Source: Azolla caroliniana (lineage: Eukaryota > Plantae > Polypodiophyta). Taken from it: a stretch of DNA of 64,000 nt. Location: NCBI GenBank assembly GCA_043228905.1, contig JBHGNT010000008.1, forward strand, positions 2,480,001-2,544,000, in the 5' to 3' direction. The notes below the pieces were generated by a model. It was not told the origin of the DNA and ran no database searches. It saw only the letters and a program-made list of their open reading frames with translations. The number at the start of each line of letters is the position of its first letter. Position 1 is the stretch's first letter. Positions 1-11,300 of this stretch are shown piece by piece. A program made the translations under genes and the position numbers.

Positions 1-165
1 CACTGTCATACAACTAATTGTATCTGACAGTTTTTAGTGTGGCTATGGCAATTTCCGTAGTTGCAAATGGAAACCTCCTTCAAAAGATTTCTTGTTGATT
101 ACCTGTTTAATAGATGTTAGATAGCAAGCATGCTTTATGTCTTGAATCTGACTTTTGTCTTTCAG

Positions 166-3100
166 ATTGCAGGTGCAGGCAAGAAATGTTAGAGAAACTA
201 AGGAAAGAGAGGAATATTCATCGAATGCATCATAGGCGGATCGCTCAGGAGAAAAATAGACTCATAGTTGATGTCAAGGTCTGATTCTCATCTACTATTA
301 GAGCTGTCTATTTTATAACCGTAATCTAAAATCTTGACAAATTCATATGATAATCTTGCATCGCATTAGTCAATTGTCAGATGTTATGTAATTGATAAAC
401 ATGTAATTTTTAATAGAAATCCCATATATGCAGGCTTTAAATTTATAGAACACATAACATATGATGTCTAGCTTGTATATAACACTTGAAACCAAATTTG
501 AAAGGTAATTATTAATGATGAGTATAGATATATCCTCATATATCTGTGTAGCGAATTTTAATATAATATTGGAAATCATCAAACTAATGTTGTAATGCAA
601 TAGGGTTTGGGATAGTGCTATATATAGAATACAGAATTACATGAAGGGAATGAGTAGAAATAAGATATGTCAGGAGGAAAGGACATTGGAAGCAATACAC
701 TGAACTGTAAAAGTCTTTCAGACACATGACAGAAACAATAGTTTTACTTTATTACATCATGTTCACGCACACCTTACTATTATGATATGTATGTCAACCA
801 TGCTCAAACAGTATAACTGTGTAAAAATGTGAACAACTAATCTCTGTTTACCATAATTGTACCGGTTTGCTATAGATTCTCTTTAACTGCTTAAGTTTTG
901 ACTATTATGAATTGCAGAGATTACAAAAACATTTTGCTCAATATGAACCAATTATAAGAGAGTTGAAACGCAAATATGAAGTTGCAGTCAGACAGAAAGC
1001 TCTTATTGCGCTTGAAAGAGACAAATTGCTAGAACAAGTACATATGTCATATGCATCTGTTATTTCTCAAGAAGGCACAAACCACATTCTCTTGCATCTG
1101 TTATTTCTCAAGAAGGCACAAACCATATTCTGTTATTTCTCATGGAGGCACAAACCAAATCGCTAGAACAAGTACATATGTCATATGCATCTGTTATTTC
1201 TCAAGAAGACACAAACCACATTTTCGTTCGTAAACCACATTTTCTTGCATATGCATTTGAAACTGACCAGTTAATCGGGTTAGTTATTAAACTAAAAATG
1301 GCAAATATGTCTGCAGTGTTCTGCTTCATCTCCCTCTGGAAAGAGTGAGACAAGTTCCTTATTTTCCTCTGGTGAAAAGCGTGATGGTTTGGAAAAAGAT
1401 TCAAGGCTAGCAAAATTGGGGCAGAAAGAAGGCATTGATAGCTCGAAGGACAAATATACAAGGATTGATCCACTTTCAATCAAGTTTAGCAGCAATAGTA
1501 GCAGTGCTTACGGTAACCCCCCGCAGGAAGCTACGGCTCCTGTTGCGAGTTTTACTTTGCAGAGGACTTTTCGGGGCCACTCCAAGCCTATAAGCAAGTC
1601 AGTCTCCTTATTTGTTTCCTTTTTGGCTTTATTTATATGGATATAACTTTGGTTACCTTGTAATTTTCTCATTCTCAATTTATTCTTAAGGGTATGGAAT
1701 GGTATAACATTGTTTAGCAATATTCTTCTAGCTCTTATGTGAATTAACATCCAAAGCAGGAAGCACTCACTACATCTTATCCTGTCGGTAGTTTTTTATT
1801 ATCTTTATGTGTCTGATTGGTTTCATCTGCAATTATCCCTTGTTGTGTCAACGCAAGCTTCAGTGCTTTAAGGTTTAGGAATAGATATTTTAAAATAGTG
1901 TTTTAAGGTCTAGATATCACAGGACTTACTATTAAAGTGTGCATTGTCTTCTAGCCTTTTTGTAAATTGTATTGAATTCGTTTGGTAGTTTTCCTTTCTT
2001 TTTTGTAGCATGCCATTATCCTATTCACGTTTTCGTACTTTTCTTGTTTTGTAGTTAATACATTGTATGATCAAATTGGTGCATCTTTGGCCTTAACTCT
2101 CCTACGGTCTGTACACACGAGAAAGTAAGCACCGCCTTTTGTCATAGTCATAGGCAATCATTGACATCATACCAACTTCACTCTTGTACATACTATTCAG
2201 TGCAAATACCCAAGAAAACTACAGTATTCAATGTTCTAGATGGCAAATCAAAGACGCATTTATAAACGAGCAATGAATTAGGGCACCTTATACATCATCT
2301 TTTTTTATTAAGCATGTTTATAAAAGAATTCTATTTTTAGATTTATGGTTCCTCCTTTTTCCAGGGAAAGAAGTCTCAGACTTATAGATAAGCCCAGCTG
2401 CAAAATAGATCAGCAATACAATTAGAATGACATGCCAAGTTTTTCCTTTCTTTTATATTGTAAAATTTCTGGAAGGCGTGAAAGATCATTGAATTTTGGG
2501 GGATTGGATAATGTGAGGGATAATCTCTGACCTGTATGAATTTTGATAGCTCTTAGAAAAAAGATTTGATGTGAGTTTTGGCAATTTCAGTGTGGCTATT
2601 CACCCAAGGAAACCAGTTGTGGCAACAGCATCAGATGATGCTACATGGAAGATGTGGGGTCTACCTGATGGAGATCTAATAATGACAGGTGATGGGCACA
2701 AAGAATGGGTTGCTGGTCTAGACTTCCACCCGAGGTAAAACTATATGAAGGATACATTATCTTAAATCCAAGAGTTTTTTTATCAAGAAAACATTAATTT
2801 ACTCGTCAAACAATAAATAGGGGCATGCAATTAGCATCTTCCTCTGGAGACTGTACTGTGAAAGTGTGGAGTTTTGAGAAGGCTCGATGTGTTCAGACCT
2901 TTGTTGACCACACACAGGTACAAACTCTGCAGGAAACTGATGATTTGATGACAAACAGTATGGGTGTTCCGAATTTCTTTTGTGGCTAATTAAATAAAAT
3001 TTCTCTTTATTGTCACAGGCTGTTTGGTCTGTAGCGTATCATGATAGCGGTGATGTCCTTGCTAGTGCATCCTTGGATCACACAGCTCGAATTTGGGACC

Positions 3101-4875
3101 TTGGAGGGTCATTTTTCTTAACCAATAACTACATTTTCTTTAATCGATGTGCAAATTCTATCACCCTCTTGTGCTCTCACTCTGTTATAAAGGCATTTCT
3201 TAACCGCAATATCAAAGATTGTAGTGGCAGACCTATTTTATGAAACGATTGTAGGATGCATCTGTATACATTTGAATGTTATGGTTCATATATATATTAT
3301 GTATCTATCTATATATGTAAATTAAGGTCATTTGATAGTTGTGAGGTATATATTGTGGATATTTGTTTTAACACATAGATGTATGTATATTAATGAAATT
3401 TGTTAATATCAACAGTCTCAAGTGTAGAGGAACATTGAGAGGTCATGTGGATTCAGTCAATTCTGTCACATGGAAGACTTGCAGCAGCATATTGTGTACT
3501 TCTTCCAGTGATAAAACGGTCAGCTTATGGGATGCTCGGACATCACTTTGTGTCCAAACATTCTATGGTCATCAGGCATCTTGCAGTCATGCAATTTTTA
3601 ACCCTAAGGTATCTTATTCTAAATTAAATATAGTTTCAAAACGAAACAAAATAAGGAATGAATCATTTGTTGAGCATATTCTAAATATAGTTTCAAAACA
3701 AAACAAAATAAGGAACAATCATTTGTTGTGCATATTCTTAGGTTAAAAACCTAAATCAAGTATTGGGCATTACGCATTTGTACCAAACATTCTATGACCA
3801 TCTAGAATCCTTCAGTTACACAGTTTTTAATTGTAAGGTGTCTTATGCAAAACAAATCAAGTTTTGCGATCAAATAAGAAATAAATGATTTAAAATTCAG
3901 ATCCAATGGAAACACTAGAATAAGAACAAGGCAATATAATTCATTGTACACATTTGCATGTTATGCCACATGCAACTGATAAGATGTGTCTCCTTTTTGT
4001 CGTTGATATCCATCCACCTTCTAGTTTCCATTATGGAAAGAACACGTGATCTAGTACCACTATACTATTAGGCTATTATGAACTAGGCTTGTTTATTTTG
4101 TCTTTCAGGGAACATTGGTGGCTTCAGTGGATTCAAGAGGCATTGTTAAATTATGGGATACACGTAAAGTAACCGAGTTTTTAACTATTGATACTGGACC
4201 AAATGCAGCTAACAAATGTGCATTCGACAAGAGTGGAAATGTCATTGCCATTGCTAGTAGTGACAATGTCATTAAATGGTGAGGAACTACTGCTTTTGTC
4301 TCTGAAGCTGAATACTATACTTAAAAAAATTGCTTTATACATTTCCAGTCATGAGATAATGTAGGCCATCCTTTACTATAATGGAGACTCACTTACTGTG
4401 TACTTCACTTCTGTTCCGCACAAATTGAGTAGATTTCCCTATTGCATGTTTCCTTAATGCTCATGATGAAGATTAATGCAAGAGATGCATTTTCATGTCT
4501 AGATCTGAGACCTCAATGCAAAGTGAAATTCAACAAAAAAAAGTTGTCAAATTAAATTATTTGAGGCCATGATATATACACTTCAATGATTTTGTTTTGT
4601 TGCTATAATCTATATGAAAATGTTCATTTTTCTTTTTATCAGAGCCATCTATTCTCAATCATTTTCCCTCTACGTGTGTTGAAACTAGTGCATCTCGATA
4701 AAATCATAAAATCAGCTTCTCTTTTGTTCATTGCAGCTTTGAAGTGAATGATTGTGTTGTTCCTGTCATAGAGCTAGTTGGTCATGAGGATGTGGTACAA
4801 GCAGTTGTCTTTGATCCGTCATGCAAATTTTTGGTCTCAGGAAGTACAGATTGTACATTCAAAGTATGGGCTTGA
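166..4875 (+). CDS. SPAG16: Flagellar central-apparatus WD40 protein PF20/SPAG16, 3' part (5' exons lie outside the window)
   Basis: GT-AG exons join in frame: ~166/173-278, 918-1037, 1317-1597, 2591-2734, 2821-2917, 3019-3107, 3416-3608, 4109-4278, 4737-4875 (TGA). Coiled-coil motif KERNIHRMHHRRIAQEKNRLIVDVKRLQKHFAQYEP is followed by WD40 repeats HPRKPVVATASDDATWKMW..GDLIMTGDGHKEWVAGLDFHP, LRGHVDSVN and GHEDVVQAVVFD..SGSTDCTFKVWA*. These match my recollection of PF20/SPAG16. Confidence 0.9.
1028..1222 (+). repeat. Tandem duplication of the PF20 exon end, splice donor and intron start
   Basis: GCTAGAACAA|GTACATATGTCATATGCATCTGTTATTTCTCAAGAAG occurs at ~1028 and ~1162, with internal sub-repeats TCTGTTATTTCTCA..GGCACAAACCA. 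Confidence 0.85.
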
Positions 4876-5910
4876 TGTCCATTTTCACGGATAACTATTG
4901 TTTGATACTTTGTATGGTCTATAGAAAAGACAATTATGTCCCGATTGTAAATGCTATGACCATATGAACCTGAATTCATTAAAAATTGTTTTGAATATAC
5001 AAAAGCTAACTAACAATACTCCATTGAGCTTGTTCAAAAACCTCATGTTGGAAGCAAGATTGAGCACCCTTTATGCAACAAAGATTTCCTTAATTAATTG
5101 GTGGGGCGGTTTCCATTGTAACATCAACCATTATAGCATCGTAAGTCATAAATGTGAGAGAACCCAAGTTTGATTCTCACCATGGGGCTCAAGGATGCCC
5201 AAAGGATTATATCCCATCTCCCATGAATAGTAATAATATATGCTTTCCATCTCTCTAAAGTGTATTGCATATTTTTACCATACAATAAAGGCACCAAATT
5301 ACATTGTCCAAGACCATCACCCATAGATTGCAATTATCACTTAAATGGTTAATGCACTTAAATTTAGTTACATGGAAGGGAGCATGGATGTTGTGCAATC
5401 ATCAATTTATTGTCTTGTTCAAGACCAAACTAATATGGATTTGAACTTGGCATACATTGTAACATCTTCTTGAGCGGGGAAAGAGTTGCCTGCCACACTT
5501 TGCTTGCAACTATTGAGTTTGTGTCACATCATGTATTTTCATTCAAAGATTTAGCACGAACTAAGTGTATCCTCGTCTTTGCCTTGCAAAAATATGCCAA
5601 CCTTGATTTTCTTGCCATCAGTGATTGTGTGCTACATCACATGATCCTTGTCCAATTGTGGAGTTTGAAGGATGCATCATTTCATATAATGCGTTCATGA
5701 TCAAACAAAAAGATGTTTATCCTACTTTTCTCATGATGAATATATTGGCAAACGTAAACACAGACTTTATGTTGGATTGTCGATTCCAATCAAGTACTTG
5801 TGGGCCGTATGGCCTAAGCGAGGAGTGCGAGCGTATAACCTTCGGCGGTTGGATAGTTAGGGTAAATAGTATGGTAACTAAAGAATAGTATAAAAGAGAG
5901 TAGTAGGGGA

Positions 5911-5953
<43 letters not shown>

Positions 5954-6116
5954 ATTTTCAATTTATGTAAGAAAAGGTCTTTCTCTTACTTTTTCTAGTT
6001 TACACACACATCTCTCTCCTCTCTCTCCCCTTTTGCTCTCTCTTAATTTTTTTCACGTTTTCCCACTCTCTCTCCTCCTAGATCTACTCACTCCCCTTAT
6101 GTCTACTCATTCCCGC

Positions 6117-6158
<42 letters not shown>

Positions 6159-6433
6159 TCCCTTCTCATCATCTCACGTAAGCCTTGTTTCCTCCTCTCT
6201 CTTAATGCCCCTTATATTTCCTCACTTTTTACATTTTATATCCTAAACTCTCCCTGTTTCTTCTTATCCCTCCTTTTACAATATAACCTCTTACCAAAGC
6301 CTTCCCCTTATCACATTAAAGCCCATAAAATCCTCTTCCTTCTTCTCCAAATCTTTCCCCCCCTTTCAATCACATCCATAAGCACAACCCCACTCCCTAT
6401 TGTCATTTCTCTAAAGCCACTCCAAAAACTCCC

Positions 6434-6441
6434 TATATAAA
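6434..6441 (+). promoter_or_regulatory. TATA box immediately upstream of the hammerhead
   Basis: CCCTATATAAACC lies about 15 nt before stem I of the ribozyme. Confidence 0.4.
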
Positions 6442-6454
6442 CCTATCCACCCCG

Positions 6455-6515
6455 AATGGTCATGGTAGCACTGATGAGCCCCGTAGGGGGCGAAACTAGT
6501 TTGCTCATGACCATT
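6455..6515 (+). ncRNA. Type I hammerhead ribozyme (minimal, palindromic stem III)
   Basis: Stem I: AAUGGUCAUG-(GU bulge)-AGCA pairs with UGCU-CAUGACCAUU. Core CUGAUGA at 6471-6477. Stem II GCCCC/GGGGC with a GUAG loop. GAAA at 6492-6495. Stem III is AC-UA-GU (palindrome ACUAGU). Cleavage triplet GUU, predicted cut after 6501. Confidence 0.9.
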
Positions 6516-6656
6516 ACCCATCGTATTGTAATTGTTTCCTTTTTCTTAATGAAAATTAGTCTCCTTCTTAATCTCTCCCTCTTTCTAATCTAGACTATTT
6601 AGCTTATGGTTATGTTTTACCTTGTTTCTAATTTTAATGTTAGTGATTAATCCCTC

Positions 6657-6705
<49 letters not shown>

Positions 6706-6820
6706 CCCTTCCTCTATCTCTTATTATGCCTCACTTACACCAAGTTTGTCAAATGATTTGGGTGTGCTCAAATTATTCTTGGTGTTTCTTTTCACTTTAT
6801 CCCCTCTTGCACTTAATCGT

Positions 6821-6932
6821 AAACCCTTTTACCCTCTAAACCCTAAGCCCAAAACAAACACTAAACCCTAATTCTTAAACCCTAACCCTAACCCTAAACC
6901 AAAACTCAAACCCTAATTCCTAAACCCTAAAC
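6821..6932 (+). repeat. Degenerate plant telomere-like (CCCTAAA)/telo-box tract
   Basis: About 10 imperfect AAACCCTA/AACCCT units, e.g. TAAACCCTAACCCTAACCCTAAACC. Confidence 0.75.
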
Positions 6933-7019
6933 TTTTTTTCTCTATAACTCTACATCTTATATATTGCACCCACCGATTGCCTACCGTCCGCACTCCTTGT
7001 TTCGACTTCACGGTCCAAT

Positions 7020-7966
7020 TGACAACAGTTCGGTTTAGGCTTAACTAGTTTGGTTGTATCCAAGCCAAACCAGTTAAGCCTAAACCGTTTTGGGGTTCTC
7101 AAACTAGAACCGAATCGATCCCTAAACCGGTTTGTGGGCCGATTTGGGACAAAAAGCTTTAGAGGTGTGAAGAAACCCAAAAAACACCATTACCACTTCT
7201 ACTCTTCTTTCTCCTCCTCATAACTCCCACCACCTTGGCATGCCTCCCATCCCCATCCTTCTCCAAATTTGACATGTCGCCCCACCCCCACCCCCACCCT
7301 CCTCATCTTCCTTTGTAGATTGCTACCGCTTGATCCTTTCCAAACCTCAATATGTCCATTCTTGATTGCTATTGCCCATCCCTCGTCCACCTTCAAGTCA
7401 AGCTCGCCGCGTCCTAGGTCCTAGGTCAAACTCAAGAGTCAGGAGAGAATTTGGAACTAAAATTTCACCTATATGTATGGAAAGAATGATATATAAAAGC
7501 AAGGAGGAGACCTCAATATGTCCATTCTTGATTGCTATTGCCCATCCCTCGTCCACCTTCAAGTCAAGCTCGCCGCGTCCTAGGTCCTAGGTCAAACTCA
7601 AGAGTCAGGAGAGAATTTGGAACTAAAATTTCACCTATATGTATGGAAAGAATGGTATATAAAAGCAAGGAGGAGGTCCACTATGCAGGCTCCCTCTCTC
7701 CTTCTCTGTCCCTTCCTCTCTTGTCACTCAATAGTCTGTTGCCTATGGCTTCCTGTCATGTCGGTCTCTCTCTCAACTTTCAAATTCTAACTTCTAACTT
7801 CTAACTTCTCACTGTCTAATTTCTAACATTCTAAACCCTAACGATTAAACAGCTTAGACGGTTTGAGCCGGTTAGGCAAGGCTCAAGTTGAGCCGAGCCG
7901 CTAAGCCGTTAAAAAACCGGTTTAGCTAAACGGGTTAGGCTTGAGCCGAGCCGTTGCCGATCCCTA
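7020..7966. mobile_element. hAT-like non-autonomous DNA transposon remnant (right end only)
   Basis: Dense AAACCG/CGGTTT/GAGCCG subterminal motifs at 7030-7145 and 7845-7955 end in GTTGCCGATCCCTA, a TAGGGAT-type terminus. No matching left TIR or TSD found. Confidence 0.45.
7344..7675 (+). repeat. Near-perfect 166-bp tandem duplication
   Basis: ACCTCAATATGTCC...AAGCAAGGAGGAG at 7344-7509 and 7510-7675; this explains the twin ORFs at 7366 and 7532. Confidence 0.95.
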
Positions 7967-8365
7967 GAACTTGTTACGGGAGCATGTCTTTCGAGCCCCA
8001 CATGTGTATCATGTATGAGTCTTGTCTCCACACACAAACACACACACAAAACTACACAAACACAACACTTCATTCATTCATTCAATTTCAATTTCAATTT
8101 CATTTCATTAAGAAAGAAAGAAAGAAAGAAAGAAGGTCTTGGGTTCGAATCCTTCCTCCTCCTCCTCCTCCTCCTTCTTTCTGCAAGTTATAGGTTTCTC
8201 TCCCTCCTCCTCCCTCTGAAATCAGACGACCACAGATCTGGAGGAGCTTCTAAGCCATGGCTACCTGAGCCTCCCTTCCCCTACCACCATCGCTTCTCCT
8301 CTGCCATCACTTACTTTACCCCCGCCCCCTCCTCCCCACACCTGACACCTCTGCAGAATTCATCC

Positions 8366-11300
8366 ATGGCTGCTTCCCAGAAATCGCTCCTCCTCCTCTT
8401 GATCTTTGTTCTTCAACTCTGCATCGCTCGATCTGCCAGCCCAGCGATCTTCTCTGAATGGGAGAAATCCGATTCTGTGCAGATCCTCAAGGCCTATGAA
8501 GACTCTTCTACCAGGTTTTATTCTTCGTCAACTTTCAAACCACCTATTGATTCCTTTTCATAGGAATAATTGTTTTAAGGATCTCTCAGAAGAATTTTTG
8601 CTTGCATTTATGCTTCGTTTGCTTTTTTCTTGTTAATTTTCTATCGACTGCTAGGATTTATGTATAATATATTGGAGAAAAGAAAGTGTTCTTAGATCCT
8701 CTGCAAATTTAAAATTGTGGAGTTGTCTTGAATCCTATCGTACATTTTGCAGAAAATAGATGTTTTGCTCTACATACATGGGGATCTCGCCTATGTTTAT
8801 GCTCAGTTTTGTCTTTGTATTTGTAGTTTTTGCTTCTCGCTGCTGTGTATAGGCTTCTGCTTTCATCTTTCGTTTTTGAATGCCGTTGAAGGTAAAAATA
8901 GTGTTCTATCGTTGCAAATGCATGCAATTTCTTCAATTATTTCACAGTTCATTATTTAGAAATAGTTGTTTGTTAGATCCACAAGGAGTTTCATTGAATC
9001 TTGCATGCTTTATGAAGAAATAGTTATTTGCTGGATCTTGAAACAATTATTTCTTATGCTTATGGTCTGGTATTCCTTTATCGTAGTTTTGTATGGAGTA
9101 GTGAGTGTTCTGCATTGTTGTTTGAACTGATTTTAAGGTAAGTATGGGGCTCTGAGAATCTTGGAGTCTTCTCAAATCTCTCGATCTTTTCACCCAACAG
9201 GATTATAATTGAATAGAAATAGATTGTATGATAAAAAAGGACGCCTTTTTGGTTATGAGAGAGCTTCAGGTAAGTTGAAGAATGATCGGATAATATCTTG
9301 TTATATGAGTGATTTCTATGATGGATTAGCTATTTTTTACAGCTTTCGGGAGAATGTTTGCTTATATTTAATGTTTTATGAGAAAACAGCTGTATTGATA
9401 AATAGGTATATTAAATGAATTGATGCTTATGTTTATTCTACAGTTCATCTTCAGTATTTGTTCTTATTAAGTTTTGTACACTCACTGCTATTTTTACATG
9501 CCCTTGTAACCGCTTGGATGATTGGCCTTTTTCTCTTTGATCAATTTTGTTTGGACTATAATCTATAATGGGTCTATTTATTAATCTCTCAGATGCATTT
9601 TTGTGTGTATGTTCAGATCATGTCACGTCCTTTTCTCTCTGGTTATCTTTATCCAACTAATTTTGAATAGCTAAGAGGATTAGTGTCTGTTTTGGAGCAA
9701 AATTTTCTGACTTGTGGACTTTGTGTGAACTTTCATTTTACGTGTTGTTCTTATAACATATTGGACAGTAAGTGAGTGCCTTGCTCTGTAGTATGTCATT
9801 CTAGTTAATTTTATGAATTATTGAATTTTCTGTATTGCTCTATGGTCAGCTTGGAAAATAAGTACAATGTCCTAAGGTCATTACAAATTCTTGGAGTTAA
9901 ACGAGAAGACTCGGTTACTTGTGAGAAGATAGGAAAAATATTGGCTTCTTCAAGCTCTCCATTGAAAGATGTTTTCTATGCTGCTAAAGTAGGCCAGGTG
10001 CTACAGTGTTCTGTAACGGAAGCTGATGTCAAGGTCAGATTTGCAACCATGAAAAGTATTGAATTCTGTTTTCAATAACTGGGTTCAATCATTTATCGAA
10101 AAAGTCCATTGCAGGCCACAATCTCAAACCTACAATCAATTTTGAGCAGCGAGGATGCATTGTTGAATTTGTATTTTTCTGTTGGAACACTTTCTGTATT
10201 GAAGGTCAGTTATGCTCATTTCTCATCCCTTATTTTGGAATTGTTCTTCGAAAGGAGATATGGATCTTAATTCTGTCTATGTTTTCTTGTGTAATGAGCA
10301 GAGTTGGATCAAAGATGATCTGGTTTTAGAGAATGGTGCACGTGTGTTTGATGCCATAAAGGTTATTATTTTTTCCTTGTGAATAGTTTATTGGAACTCA
10401 AAAATGCTATAGACAATAAAGTTTTAAGAGCTGAAAGCTTTTTTTGTCATGCTATGTTTTCAGGCATTGTCTCAACAGGATGGTACCTGGAAGTATGGTG
10501 CAGATGAGGATGTGTCAACTGCAAAGGCTGCTGGTAATAATTTACTAACTAAAAAATGTAGAGTATATAGAATGGAAACTTTTTTCTGCATCTGCCTGCT
10601 CATACTCCCGAATGCTGCTTACTTATTCATAAAGGATACATCTAGAGTAAAGGCACAAAACGAATGCTGATGGACGAGTATTTTTCCTGTATGTAACAAG
10701 ATACATTTACCAATGTACAATTCAGCTTGTTCTCAAAAGACAACAATTTATGGCTCATGAACCAGCATGGAAAAATTATTCTATACACTCAAAAAATAGG
10801 TCAACCTGATGGAAAGAGAAGTGGCAGAACCAATACTGGAAACAATTCTTGTACTGCATAATTAGTTGTAGTGATTGCCTAGCGGTCTAGATATACAGTG
10901 TTTGCTTGCAAATACTATTACTGTGGGATTAGGATGAAGACCTACCATGAACATGCTAACTTTGAAACGTGGAATCTGTTGAATTTGGCAAGGCAAAATA
11001 AGATGAAGTGATGTACACACCAAGAGTTCGTACATCCACACACTTCCAGCTTCAGTTCACACTTATAAATGTGGCAAAAGTTGATGCTCAGTTTGAATTT
11101 CTACAATTACTCAGCTTCATGACTTATTCTCGTTCTTCTCTGTTCATGAACCTAAACACACACTTCCAGCTTTAGTCCATACTTGTAAATGTCATAAAAG
11201 GTGACGCTCAGTTTGAATTTCTACTATTACTCAGCGTCATGACTTATTTTCTTTCTTCTGTTCATAAACCAAAACAATCATAACCAAGTATATACAATTG

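Larger units (their letters stand above)
5802..7016. mobile_element. Putative ~1.2 kb non-coding element with diverged terminal inverted repeats, carrying a hammerhead ribozyme
   Basis: 5802-5851 (GGGCCGTATGGCCTAAGCGAGGAGTGCG...) aligns without gaps to the reverse complement of 6967-7016 (GGACCGTGAAGTCGAAACAAGGAGTGCG...), about 31/50 identities by hand count, including a shared AGGAGTGCG. The interior has (GA)n/(CT)n tracts, a TATA box, the ribozyme and a telomere-like tract. No clean TSD. Confidence 0.5.

Noticed and set aside
6033-6440. 135-aa Leu/Ser-rich ORF upstream of the ribozyme
   Set aside because: A by-product of CT-rich low-complexity sequence with a non-ATG start.
6821-6932. True telomere or chromosome fusion point
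   Set aside because: Short, degenerate, in a single orientation and within a gene-dense interval.
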